Assembly (NCBI RefSeq): GCF_004010195.1
Contig: NC_057720.1
Location: forward strand, 21,817,696-21,881,695
Length of the DNA stretch: 64,000 nt
DNA from: Chiloscyllium plagiosum
Lineage: Eukaryota
Reading direction: 5' to 3'
The notes under the pieces are model-generated. The model was not told the DNA's origin. It ran no database searches and saw only the letters and a program-made list of their open reading frames with translations. Made by a program: the position numbers and the translations under genes. Every line of letters starts with the position of its first letter. Position 1 is the stretch's first letter. Positions 1-12,109 of this stretch are shown here, piece by piece.

Positions 1-255
1 CTGCTGCCTCACAGCTTCGGGGACCTGTGTTCGATTCCTGCCTCGGGTGACTGTGGAGTTTGCACATTCCCGCTGTGTCTGTAGGTTTCCTTTCCACAAT
101 CTAAAGATATGCAGGTGAGGTGAATTGACCATGTTAAATTGCCCATTGTGTTAGTGCATTAGTCAGAGGGAAATGGGGCTGAGTGGGTTACTCTTCGGAA
201 GATCGGTGTGGACTTGTTCTTTCCACACTGTTGCTAATCTAATATAATCTAAATC
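1..255 (+). mobile_element. HE1-like V-SINE, 5' end cut by the window edge
   Basis: tRNA-like head with B box (gttcgattcc), core tgtggagtttgcacatt, aatct-repeat tail. Confidence 0.8.
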
Positions 256-439
256 TTTGTTGAGTTATCCCATAATAAGGGATAGCAACCTGTTAGCCAA
301 ACTAATTTTGTGACTCACTCACTTGAAACTTTAAATTCTTCTACAGCTACAGTTCACAATTCTGCTTTGGTTCTCTGCTTTAGCACTCGCTTTTTTTTAA
401 TCTTCCTGCTAAAGTGAACAACTTGGATGAGGGCAGGCT

Positions 440-1110
440 AGGCAGAATTGAGTGATGAAGAGAGAAAAGGACCTTCAAGGTGATTTAGGCAGGTTGCATG
501 AGTTGACAGATATGAAAAGTGCAGTACGATGTGGTTGTGTGAAGTCCTCCTTTTTTGGTTTTATAAACAATAGGAAGGCAGAGCATTATTTAAATGGTAG
601 GTTGGAAAATATTGATGCACCAACAGACTTGGGTGTCCATGTGCACCAATCACTGAAAGTAGGTAGCTGCAGCAAGCAGTTAAGGCAAATTGTATCTTGG
701 CCTTCATTGAAAGGGGATTTGAGTAGAGGAGCAAGAATGTTTTGAAACAGAATCTTAATACTCTTGAAGTATTTTGCAGAGTTTTAGTTGTTTTATCTTT
801 CAAAACAAAATGCACTTGCCATACAGAAGTTCAATGAAGTTTCGCCAGCCTGATCTCTGTGAAAGCAAGTATGTTGTATACGGAGAGATTGGGTCATTCA
901 GATCTGTATTTGAGAATTTGGAAGAATGAAGGGTTTGGTTTGAAAAGTGTATAATTCTGATACTACTGGACAGACTGGGTGCAGGGTTGTGGCTAGAATA
1001 ACATTCTCTAATTACAGAATTTTGGACTGAAGGGAGAGGTTTCTTTACTGGTGACCCAGTGGAAATTTTAACATAATGGAGACCAAATCACTGAATATAT
1101 TCAAGAAAAA
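440..1110 (+). mobile_element. Old CR1 LINE 3' fragment
   Basis: Decayed LQGDLGRL...DLGVHVHQSLKV peptide of the CR1 ORF2 C-terminal part. Confidence 0.6.
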
Positions 1111-2204
1111 AATGTAGATGCATTTTATTTTTTTACTGCAGTCTACCATGTCTGGCTAACCTGCTTCATTTATTTAAAGATTTGGGTGAATATATTTTAG
1201 AAATCATCATTTAATAAAGTGTTTTTCTGACTGGAAAGGTTCATAGAATCATCAAACCACAGCAGTTTGGGAGGAAGCCATTTGACCCTCTGAAGAGCAT
1301 CCCACCCAACCTTCCATCATATCTGTAACGTGTATTATTTTCTGTTGCACTTGAGTGTAAAGTAATACTCGACGATAGACTGAATTATTGAGATTCTTGG
1401 ATTAACACTTGTTGAATTTTTGCATCCTTTCTATTCTGTTCTGTTCCATCCTTTGACTCTTTTTTTTAAAAAGAGATTGATAGTACATCAAGGCATATTG
1501 ACTTGTATATGCTGACAGTATGGTTGCTGAATTAGGCATGGTTGACATTGAATGCAAATATAAAATTCAGCGGTGTAGACCAGGTTGATTAAATTTTCCC
1601 CTTGATGGTGGGATCAGTAACCAGAAAGCAGGACGTTTTTAGGGGATGTGAGGAAATTGCTTAAAGTTGCACAACTCTGGCTTGACCGGAGAGCTCTTCA
1701 TTTACAAAGGTGCTTTCTCTGAATTAATTCCTCAAACTAAAGGAACAACAATGAATGAGGGAAGAGTGCAATTATAGTCTGTTAGTTTCTAACTGATATC
1801 AGGTACAGCCCTTTTAAATTAGCATCAAGTAAATTTCTAAAACCTTTGTAGCGCAGTGAGTCTGGAAGCTGTGGTTCAAGTCCCATCTCAAGATTTATGT
1901 TAAGACATTTGGACAAGTTTTATTTTTAAAAATAGTTTAAAAGGGATCCTGACTAAAGAATGAGCATATTGAAATAGGGCACGAAAAAGTGGATTATGAG
2001 CTCACCAGGAAAATGGTGGTTTAAAGTTAGTTACAGCTGACAGAAACGGAGTGATGGTCTGCCCAGAATCATGTTGGGATCAGTATTCATTGTTTAAATG
2101 ATCTGGCTTGGGATTGGGCATAATTTCAAAATTTGGACAAAATCAAATTGTTTTGATGAAAAAAGATTTCTACAATAAAATATAGAAAGACATTACGCAA
2201 GGAA

Positions 2205-3047
2205 AGTTATCTCTAATTACAACGGGATCTTGATCAGATGAGCCGTTGGACTGGGGAGTAGTAGATGGAGTTTAATTTAGATAAATGCGAGGTGATGTAT
2301 TTTGGTAAAGCAAATCTTAGCAGGACCTGTACACTTAGTGGTAAGGTCCTACGGAGTGTTGGAGTGCAGGTTCATAGCTCCTTTGAAAGTAGAGTCGCAG
2401 GTAGATAGGATAGTGAAGGTTTGCTTCATCGGTCAGTATTGAGTACAGGAGTTAGGAGGTCATGTTGTGACTGTACAGGACATTGGTTAGGCCACTTTTG
2501 GGATATTGCATGCAATTCTGGTGTCCTTCCTATTGGAAGGATGTTGTGAAACTTGAAAGGGTTCAGAAAAGATTTTACGAGGATGTTGCCAGGCTTGGAG
2601 GATTTGAGCTATAGGAGGAGTTTGAATGAGCTGGGCTGTTTTCCCGGAGCATCAGAGGATGAGGGGTGACCTTTACAGAGGTTTATAAAATCATGAGGGG
2701 CATGGATAGGGTAAATAGACAGGGTTTTATCCCCTGGGGGTGGAGTAGTCCAGAATTAGGGGCATAGGTTTAGGGTGAGGGGAAAGATAGAAGAGACCGA
2801 AGGGGGGGGCAGCCTTTTTATGCGGAGGGTGGTGCGTGTGTGGAATGGGTTGCCAGAGGACATGGTGGAGGCTGGTACAATTGCTACATTTTAAAAGACA
2901 CCTGAATGGGTATATGAATCGGAAGGGATTGGAGGCATATGGGCTGGGTTCTGGAAAGTGGGACGAGATAGGTTTGGGATATCTGGTCAGCATAGATGAG
3001 TTGGACCAAAGGGTCTGATTCTGTGCTGTACATCTGACTCTATGACC
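2205..3047 (+). mobile_element. CR1 (HER1-like) LINE 3' fragment
   Basis: Similar to the other CR1 copies in the window; ctctatga tail. Confidence 0.9.
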
Positions 3048-3324
3048 CTATAATTTGCTTGCTGGGTGTGTAATTGATAAATTAACCACTAAAAGTAAAT
3101 GTGGTAGAAATAATGGTGCCACAGACTACCTGGAAGCTAGTGATGAAATGGCATAGCGGAGAGTTATCAAGGAGTTGTTAGCTCCAGTCTCTGAAGGGAA
3201 TAATGCAACTTAATTCATTTTTTTAAAACCATTTTAAGTTTAGAGGTTGTGTGCTAGCAAATGTTGCTCAGGAAGGTTGCTCCACATGGACTACTGAGCA
3301 GGATGATAGGTAGTGCTGCAATAG

Positions 3325-4530
3325 TCAGCGTCGTAGAAATATACAGCACAGAAACCAACTCTTCGGTCCAACTTGTCCATGCCGACCAGATAGCCCAACC
3401 CAATCTAGTCTTTCTTGCTAGCACCTGGTCCATATCCCTCCAATCCCTTCCTATTCATGTACAAATCCAGATGCCTTTTAAATGTTGCAATTGTATGAGC
3501 CTCCACCACTTCCTCTGCCAGCCCATTCCACACACTCACTACCCTCCTGTGCTAAAATGTTGCTCCTTAGATCTCTTTTATTTCTTTCCCCTCTCACGTT
3601 AAACCTATGCCCTCTAGTTCTGGACTCCCCCACCCCTTGTCTATTTATCCTAACCATGCCACTCATGATTTTGTAAACCTCCTATAAGGTCACCCCTCAG
3701 CCTCTGACACTCCAGGGAAAAGAGCCCTGGCCTATTCAAACCCTCCCTATAGCTCAAATCCTCCAACCCTGGCAACGTCTTTGTAAATCTTTTCTGAACC
3801 CTTTCAAGTTTCACAACATCCTTCCAATAGGAAGGAGACCAGAATTGCACGCAAAATTCCAACAGTGGCCTAACCAATGTCCTGTACAGCCGCAACATGA
3901 CCTTCCAACTCCTATACTCAATACTCTGACCAATAAAGGAAAACATACCAAATGCCACCTTCACTATCTTATCTACCTGTGACTCCACTTTCAAGGAGTT
4001 GTGAACCTGCACTCCAAGGTCTCTTTGTTCAGCAACGCTCCTCAGGATCTTACCATTGAATATATAGGTCCTGCTAAGATTTCCCAAAATGTAACACCTC
4101 CCATTTATCTAAATTAAACTCCGTCTGCCACTCAGCCCATTGGCCCATTTAACCCAGATCCTGCTGTAATCAGAGGTAACCTTCAGTATACCTCCAATTT
4201 TGGTGTCATCTGCAAACTTAGTAACTATACCTCTTTTATGCTTACATCCAATTATTTATATAAATGATGAAATCCTTGTGGCGTTCCACTGGTCACAGGC
4301 CTCCAGTCTGAAAAATAACCCTCCACCACTGTCTTCTACCTTTTTGAGCCAGTTCTTTTTCTAAATGGCTCGTTCTCCCTGTATTCCATGTAATCTAACC
4401 TTGCTAATCAGTCTCCCATGGGGAACACCTTACTGAAGTTCATATAGATCATGTCTACTGTTCTGCCATCATCAATCCTCTTTGTTACTTCAAATAACTC
4501 AAATCAAGTTTGAGAGACATGATTTTCATT
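3325..4530 (-). mobile_element. CR1 LINE 3' fragment
   Basis: ORF 3650..4087 (RDLGVQVH...LYRTLVRPLLEFCVQFWSP...LERVQKRFT). Confidence 0.92.
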
Positions 4531-5471
4531 GTATTGGAATGATGAGTGACATATGGCATGACTGGTTTCATTCAATTTGTGGATTTTTGTTACCTAACAA
4601 ATATGTAGAGAAGTATTGTTTTGAGTAGAGAATCCAGAAGCGGGTGGTGACTGAAGGATTCAGTTATGTTATGTTTTGTTTAGTGAATTCACTCGAGAGT
4701 TGACAAGTGAAAATGAAGTAATAGATGGTAATTGAATAAAATTCTGATTCAGTGCTTCATGGATGCCAGTTTTGAATATATTTTAAGATCTCAATTTTAA
4801 GAGAATATTAATTAAATGACCCCATGTTATTTTATTTAGTAGAAGAGAACTTCGCATAAAATTACTCTTCAAGAATTGATCAGTTTTAAGCAACTGCATA
4901 TGAACGAAAATAGACTGCACAGCTGAGATTTCTCCCCCTCTATTAGATCGTGATCTATACCTCTACTCCATTTACCTAACTTTGATCCATATTCCTTAAT
5001 CTAATAAAGGGGATAAAATACACCCTTATCTAATAAAAAGCTCTCAATCTCATTTTAAAAATTCAATCAACTACATATTAGTTTCTAGAATTATCTTTAT
5101 TCCCGATTTTAAGCATCAGCTTTGGATTTGCATTGATTTTCTGAAGGGTCGTGATGATTCCCATTATAATTTACTTATTCCGTTAATTGTATATAGATTT
5201 AGAGATTTCATATTTGTGATAAACTTTTGGATAGTGAGATTGAGTAATCAACCACATGAGCTATGTCTTTGAAGTTTGACTTGTTTTTTTTAAAAAAATC
5301 TTGGACAAGGGCATTAGGTTGTATAACATTTTCTCAAGAAAATCATTTGAGGCCAGCAATACAGTTGAGTACAAGAGAGAACCAGATGCATTTCTAAGGG
5401 AAAGTCAAATTGAGGCTGATAGTGAAAAGTATATATATTCAAGAATAAAACTTAAGGGTCAACGACAAACA

Positions 5472-6300
5472 AGGTTACCCCTGAGTACAATGGGACCTTG
5501 ATCAAATAGGCCAAGGATTGGCAGATGCAGTTTAATTGAGATAATTATGAGGTGTTACATTTTGGTAGGGCAATTCAGGGCAGGACTTGTACACTTAATG
5601 GTAAGATCCTGGGGAGTGGTGTTGAACAAAGAAACCTTGGGGTGCAGGTTCATACTTCCTTGAAAGTGGCGGCAGACAGGATTGTAAAGAGGCCATATGG
5701 AATGCTTGCCTTCACTGGTCAGTGTATTGAGTATAGGAGTTGGGAGGTCATGTAGCTGTACAGGACATCAGTTCGGCCACTTTTGGAGTACTGTGCAATT
5801 TTGGTGTCCCTACTATAAGGGCGATGTTGTGAATCTTGAAAGTGTTCAGAAAAGATTTACGAGGGTGTTGGCAGGATTGGAGGGTTTCTGCTATAGGCAG
5901 AGGCTGAATACGCTGGGCTATTTTCCCTAGTGCGTCAGAGTTTGAGGGGTGACGTTTTGGAAGGTTTATAAAATCATGAAGGGTCTGGATAGGGTGAATA
6001 GCCAGGTCTCTCTTTCCCCCAGGGTAGAGTAATCCACAACCTAGAAGTTATAGGTTTAAGCTGAGGGACAACTTTTTCACGCAGAGGGTGGTGCATGTAT
6101 GGAACAAGCTGCCAGAAGAGGTGCAGGAGGCTGATACACATCCAGATGCCTTTTAAGTGTTAAATGTATATGAATAGGAAAAATTTAGGGGGATAGTGGC
6201 CAAATGCTGGCAATTGGGACTAGATTAGTTTAGGATACCTGATCAGTATCGATGAATTGAACGAAGGGTCTGTTTCTGTTTTGGTCATCTGTAACTCCGT
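5472..6300 (+). mobile_element. CR1 LINE 3' fragment containing a micro-inversion
   Basis: ORFs 5552..5755 and 5697..5930 give CR1 ORF2 C-terminal peptides. Confidence 0.9.
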
Positions 6301-6465
6301 TTCCGTTTGAAACGGATCTGTGCGTTACATGTTGTATTGACCTACAGTTACTACTATAATGACATGAATGTGCTAATTTTTAAATTACTTTAATTGAGTA
6401 AAGATTGCAAGCATCTGGACTGTATAAGCAAATTGAGGTGACTTTTTTTGCCTTCCGTTTTTCAG

Positions 6466-6546
6466 GTACTCCAGCAGGAATGATGTCCAGTCCATACAGT
6501 GGAGGCTCTGGGTTCCCAACCTCATTAAGCTTTGCACAGTCTGCAG
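6466..6546 (+). CDS. PTBP2: PTBP2 linker exon (81 nt, symmetric phase 1), similar to PTBP1 exon 9; GTPAGMMSSPYSGGSGFPTSLSFAQSA
   Basis: Pyrimidine tract and ttcag acceptor, CAG|gttaga donor, open frame joining the next exon. The peptide resembles PTBP1 GAPGIISASPYAGAGFPPTFAIPQAAG. Confidence 0.85.
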
Positions 6547-6619
6547 GTTAGAATTGCGTTAATAATTTTGCTAAGTAAATTGGACCTGCATTTCACCCAA
6601 GGTATTAAACCAAATTCTT

Positions 6620-6930
6620 GGACAGCACCTTTGAAATCCATCCAAAATACTACTAGATGTAGGTAGCAGATAAATGGGAGCAGTACTACCTGCAAATTCT
6701 CTCCAAGCCACTCACCATCCTGACTTGGAAATATAATTCTGTTCCTTCAGTATTGCTGGGTGAAGATCCTGACGCACACTCCCTAACACCTATGGTTCTT
6801 CCTTCAGCGCATTGACTGTAGTAGTTCAAGAAAGCAGCTCAGTACCACCACCTCAACGGCAAGTATGGTGGGTAATAAATGCTGGCCCAATCAGTGACAC
6901 CCTCTCCTTCCATGAATGAATAAAACAAAA
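6620..6930 (+). mobile_element. 3' end of an older CR1-type LINE sharing its tail with the SacSINE1-like SINE
   Basis: Tail aataaatgctggcc...catgaatgaataaa; related copies at about 10040, 25345, 32400, 37900 and 48960. Confidence 0.65.
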
Positions 6931-7919
6931 TTTAAAAATTTGTTTTTGCAGTATAGCCTATAGGTAAGGTTGATGTAACACTGTTTAGTCCATAGAAAAT
7001 TAACCCTTTTCCAGTTTACTTGGGTATTTCATCATGTAATTTTGGATTCGTGGGATTGGAATTTCAGATGTTTGTACTGAACAGTATTTAGGATTGCAAA
7101 ACATCATAGTATAAATCTGTGGATAAGATGGCATCCAGCTTCCTGAATGGGTTAATCATGCTGAAACAACAATTTTCAAGTTGCTGAAATCTATTGATAA
7201 CTTTCTAAGCACAGCACTGCTAAAATTCTGCATACATATTTTTAAATTCCAGTTGTTTATACAGGTCACTTATTGAAGGAAATTTGTATTACTGACATTT
7301 TAATCTCATTAATTGTTAGGAACTAAACTTGTATGAGGTGTTGAGTAGTGGAGAGAGGATGCTGGATGATCATACTGTCTTTGCAGGGATTATTTTGTGA
7401 TTTTGAGGAAATTTGTGAGTAGTCCTATTGTCACCACTCAATTTAACTTTTTTGTTAATTGTTCACTTTTGTTGCCATCAGTTTCTCTTAACCCACCATG
7501 ACTGGGAGCAGAAGCTCATTTATGAACTGAAGTTTCACAATTACCACTTAATCTCTTCTGTGTGGTCTTAAGTACTGAAAATCATGAATGAGTAAACATG
7601 GATGGTCTTATTTGCTTCTGAGAACTTTAGTGACCAGCCTCACCCAGCCCAGTCCACACTCTTCATTATACAAATTGCTGCTTGCAGTAGAAATTCTACC
7701 AAGTTTCAGTAACCTACCTTTGGAGCCACTGATGCCAACTCCAGCAATCCAGTAGCCATTTCATGTGAATCAGAAAATGGCCCTACAATTCTGCTGTTAG
7801 CTCAGTAAACTCGTCTTCAGTCTCTAGTCAAGACAGAACCCCTATGTTGTATGGGACGTTTACTTCCAGGTAACTAGTATTAATTTTATTTTGATGATGT
7901 ATTTGATCTTCTCTTGTAG

Positions 7920-8026
7920 CTGTTCCAGGATCCCTGAGCCCATTGGCTATGCCTGGGCGTGTAGCAATGTCTGGAGTTGCTTCTGCCAACCACAGTGTTC
8001 TTCTGGTTAGCAATCTGAATGACGAG
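7920..8026 (+). CDS. PTBP2: PTBP2 exon 9 (linker end and start of RRM3): [36 protein letters not shown]
   Basis: ctcttgtag acceptor, GAG|gtaata donor, 107 nt. VLLVSNLN is the RNP2 region of RRM3 in the PTB family. Confidence 0.95.
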
Positions 8027-8554
8027 GTAATAATTTATTTCTTTCAACAATCTTTTGCTTCATACTTATATTCAGAGTATGTTGATTTCATTAAATTGTT
8101 CTAACATTTGTTGTCTTCCTTATCCAGTGTCTTGTTATACTGTATATGTGTATATTTCATGTTCTACCGGCTAAGAAAATTTATGATCAAATAAATTACT
8201 GGCATTCATGAATGTTGTTAACAATAACAAGTGCAGGTGGAAAATAATGGCAATAAGGTGAGGGCTTTAGGTCCGGTTGTCTACATGATATTAATAAAGT
8301 CTATCAGTTCAGATTGCTATTTTGGAAATAATCTTAGCAATTATGAAAGAAATGCCTCAAATGTCTCAATTTTCATACCTGACTTTTCTTTCTTAACCTG
8401 TAATTTTGTGTCTAGATGATTGGTAGAGTACTTTTCAAAATTCATGCAATTGATGAGTTATTAAGTAGCTCACTGTCATTAAGTGGAGAGTGAATTGTTT
8501 TCTGATTCATTTGTCTTTTTAGTGCTAGTTTCAATGTTAATGATCTTGAAAAAG

Positions 8555-10080
8555 CTGAGGGCATTGACTATAAGAAAAGTCACGGGCTTAAAAAAATCCC
8601 AGCTTTATACTGCAAGCATATCCAAGAACCAGCTATATTTCAAGCTGTCCTGAAACAACAGCTACGATAAAAGCATCTATCAGGACTCTGGAAAATTGCC
8701 CAATTATGTCTTGTCTGCAAAAAGAAGGATCAATCTAATTTGCTCAGCTGCCATCCCATCACTCTTCTCCATCACCAAAGTGACAGTTATCTTTGACTGT
8801 CTGTAATGTCAAATGTACTTAACAGTAGTCTGCACACTGACACACACCAGGTTCTAGCTTGGCTGCCATCTAATTTATGGCCTTGATCCAAATGTAGACA
8901 AAGCTAAATTCCAGGGATGAGGCGACTGACCATGAAGTTGAGCATGTGGTGCTGGCAAAGCAGAGCAGGTCAGGCAGTATCTGAGGAGCAGGACAATCAG
9001 CTTTAAGAGCATAAGCCCTTCATCAGGAATCTCATTGAAATCAAGCCAGCTTATTGACAAAGTGAGATGAAATGGAACCAAAGCTGAATTGAAGTCAGTG
9101 GAAAGTAAAATTCTCCACAGGTTGGAATCTAACCTAGTACAGGAAGATGGCTGTAGTTGATGGAGGCCAATCATCTCAACCTGAGGATTATCTCTAAAAT
9201 GTTTCTCAGGAAGGTGTCTTAGGCTCAACCATCATCAGCTGCTCAGTCAGTGAGTTTCCCTCCAACTTAAATTCAGGAGTGGAGATGTTTGCATTTGCAG
9301 TGTTCAGTACCACTTCTAAATCCTCAAATACTGATATAATTTGTGCTTGTATGCATTAAAACCTGGACACAATTGAAGTGTAGGCTCAAAACTGACATGT
9401 GACTTTCATGCAATACTCATCCTAGGCAATGACTATGAACAAGCAAAAAAAAAAGTCTAGTCATCTGACCTTTGACATTCAACAGTATGACCATTGCTGA
9501 GTCCCCACCGTTGAATCTCCAAGTTACCATTGACCAGGAACTGATATGGATCTGCCATATAAATACTGAAGTAAAAGTTCTGTAGCATGCAAGTTATCTG
9601 ACTTCCCAAGGATTGCCTTCCTCCAACAAGCCACCAGTCAGGAAAGTGATAACGCGCTTCGCCTTGCCTGGATGAATGCACCTCGACACTCAGTCCGACA
9701 CATAACTGTCAAAGACAAAGCGGCCCACTTGATTTACATCCTATTGACTTAAATATTCACTCCATGCAATGTAGAAATGTATTCCATTTACAAAATGCCT
9801 AATAGCAATTTGCCAAGCTTCCTTTATCAAATCTGCATTCCCCACCTTTTTTTTTCAAGTATGAGGGCAGTAGATGCATGGGAATACTGCCATGCAGATG
9901 TCAGTTATCCTCCCATTTCAACTTGGAACTGTGTGCTTTCTTAATTGCATTGCTCTGGGTTCAAGCAGCATTTATTGCACCTACATCAGGTGGACTGCAG
10001 AGGTTGAAAAAGATGGCTTCACCTGCTTGAGGGAAGTTAATTAATGCTGGTCTAGCCAGTGTTGTGCACAACCCAAAAGC
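8555..10080 (+). mobile_element. Decayed older CR1-type LINE (RT fragment to 3' tail), interrupted by a Penelope-like terminus at 8944-9030
   Basis: RT-like remnants (ggaaaattgcccaatta, caaccatcatcagctgc, tgtttgca) and the same tail as 6620-6930. Confidence 0.6.
8944..9030 (-). mobile_element. Penelope-like element terminus with a degenerate hammerhead motif
   Basis: Minus strand reads CTGATGA-A-GGGC-TTAT-GCTC-TTAAA. Same family as 23824-24035. Confidence 0.65.
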
Positions 10081-10375
10081 AAAGGTGACATTTCATTTAA
10101 ACATAAGATGTGAATTTTAGTTTTAATAAGGAGGTACCTCCGGCTAGGAAAATCGAGAATCTAAGTGGTACAAAGGCTTCCTGGGGGTATAGGTTTGTAA
10201 TTTTTTTGAAAAAAGCCAGAAGAACTGCAAGCAAACTGCTTGGATTGGTTTAGGCGAGCAAAAGTCAACAGAAGAGACATTGGACCACTCAGTTATCTGA
10301 TATGTACCAGAGCTAGGTTGTCAGTAAACTGAAAATGCTAAGTGGTGAAGAGACTTAAATTGCATAAATATATGC

Positions 10376-10661
10376 TAGCGAGTTTTTGAGAAGATTTGTA
10401 GATCAGCTTGAGGTTCTGGATGTAGGTTTGATCACTGATTTGGAAGGTTTCGTCACCATACTAGGTAACATCTTCAGTGAGCCTCTGAACAAAGCACTGG
10501 TGCTGTAGCGTGCTTTCTATTTATATGCTTTGATTTCCTTGGTTTGGTGATGTTATTTCCTGTGGTGGCATCACTTCTTATGGTGATGTCATTTCTTCTT
10601 TTTCAACAAACTCTATCAACAAACACGTTTGACTTGGATCCCAATTACCACCCCCTGAGAG
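10376..10661. mobile_element. Penelope-like element fragment: inverted terminal part (10376-10605, minus) joined to an ORF C-terminal piece (NSINKH..DLDPNYHPLR, plus)
   Basis: Hammerhead core on the minus strand at 10448-10477. The peptide resembles the end of Penelope GIY-YIG ORFs. Confidence 0.65.
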
Positions 10662-12109
10662 GGTAGGTCCTATCAAAACAGATGGACCATGAAGGACAAA
10701 CAGTGACACTCCCTCTCTCACTTCCACTAAATCATGTTTTCAGGTTACCCAACAGCACTTGGCTATCTGCTTTTTTATCAGAATGTCTTTGATGTTATCC
10801 GACAGCGCTTGGGTGCCTGTTAGCATTGTAAAGTCTTCTGGTTACTGAAGAGAGCATTTGGTATCTCAATGGTGGGGGCAGATGCAGGTTTGAAGATGTT
10901 GGTTGATCAACCACTGAGGTTTGAGTGGTAATATACTGTAAATATTGCTGTATTTGGAATATAGCTCTGCCCATATTGCAAATATATCAGTACTTAAGAG
11001 CACTCAAGTTTGCAAGGACGGTATTTGATTTAAGAGGACGCCACGAGCAAACAGGACTGAACAATCGGGACCTCTTTGTTATGGGAGAGGTGACTTTATT
11101 GGTCTTTTATAAATTGGTTCATGATGATTGCAATGAAGAAATGCCTAAACATGTATCATGAGGGGTATATAAAATTCCTAAACCATCCTATGAAGAAAAT
11201 CAAGGAATTTCTTTACTTGGAGAAAATGTGGAACTCCCTACCATTTGAAGTATTGCTATTTGTAACACCTATTTAAATGTGTGTGAGTAGAAGATGGTGA
11301 ATGGAATAGAATGTGTTGTTGGTGTAAGATGGAAGTTTGAGAGGAGGTTTGTGTTGTGTATGTAAGTTTTGCCAAATAACCTCATTCTTCACTGCAAAAG
11401 TCTGTGCAATTGTGTAGTCTTACTGCTTAGTTGTCATGCTTGCATATGTTGTTTGCTGTGAAATCTTGCTTTCTATAAACTTTGCTTTGTTGCCTTTCTT
11501 AAAGGTCCTTTCCAAAGAATTTGAGACATTTTCCCCCCCCCCCCTCTTTTTGTCTTCCTTGATAACCTTCATTTTGTTATTATCGAAACATGTTCTTTCA
11601 CTGTGCAAATCTCTGTATTGTGTAATACGCTGGTTCTTGGGCTTTTGTCCTCAAATGATCTCTTTGTACCTCTATTTTCATTTTGGCTTTAGCAAAAGCT
11701 GGTATGAAATGTGGCTTTTTTTCTGAACACTTCACAGGAGAAGTTGCCCAAGGTTCTGTTCACACTTTATAAAATTCAAATTAACTTCTGTTCAGTTTTA
11801 AACGGTAGAAAGCTTTTTGGTAACATTTTAATAACTTCCTTCATGCTGTACTTCTGCATGCTAAGTGTAATGTTTGAACTAAACAACCTCTATGATATTT
11901 ATTTGCCTGCATTTCATACCTCGCCATGACACTGCAGTTAACTTCCAAGTTCAAGGCTTTTTTTGTGCATGATTTGATTTTTTTTTTTGTTTTCATGTAA
12001 TATGAAGTATTGTAATTCTTTGATTATAAATGTATTTTGCCCATGTTTTTTTTGTCTTGGGTGACTGCATTCAACTCTATTTTCTTGTAAAGTACATGAA
12101 CCAGCCATT

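Noticed and set aside
7828..7875. CAG|gtaact at 7870 as the donor of an extra exon or a recursive splice site
   Set aside because: It would leave only a 50-nt intron before exon 9, and the upstream sequence has no PTB-like coding similarity.
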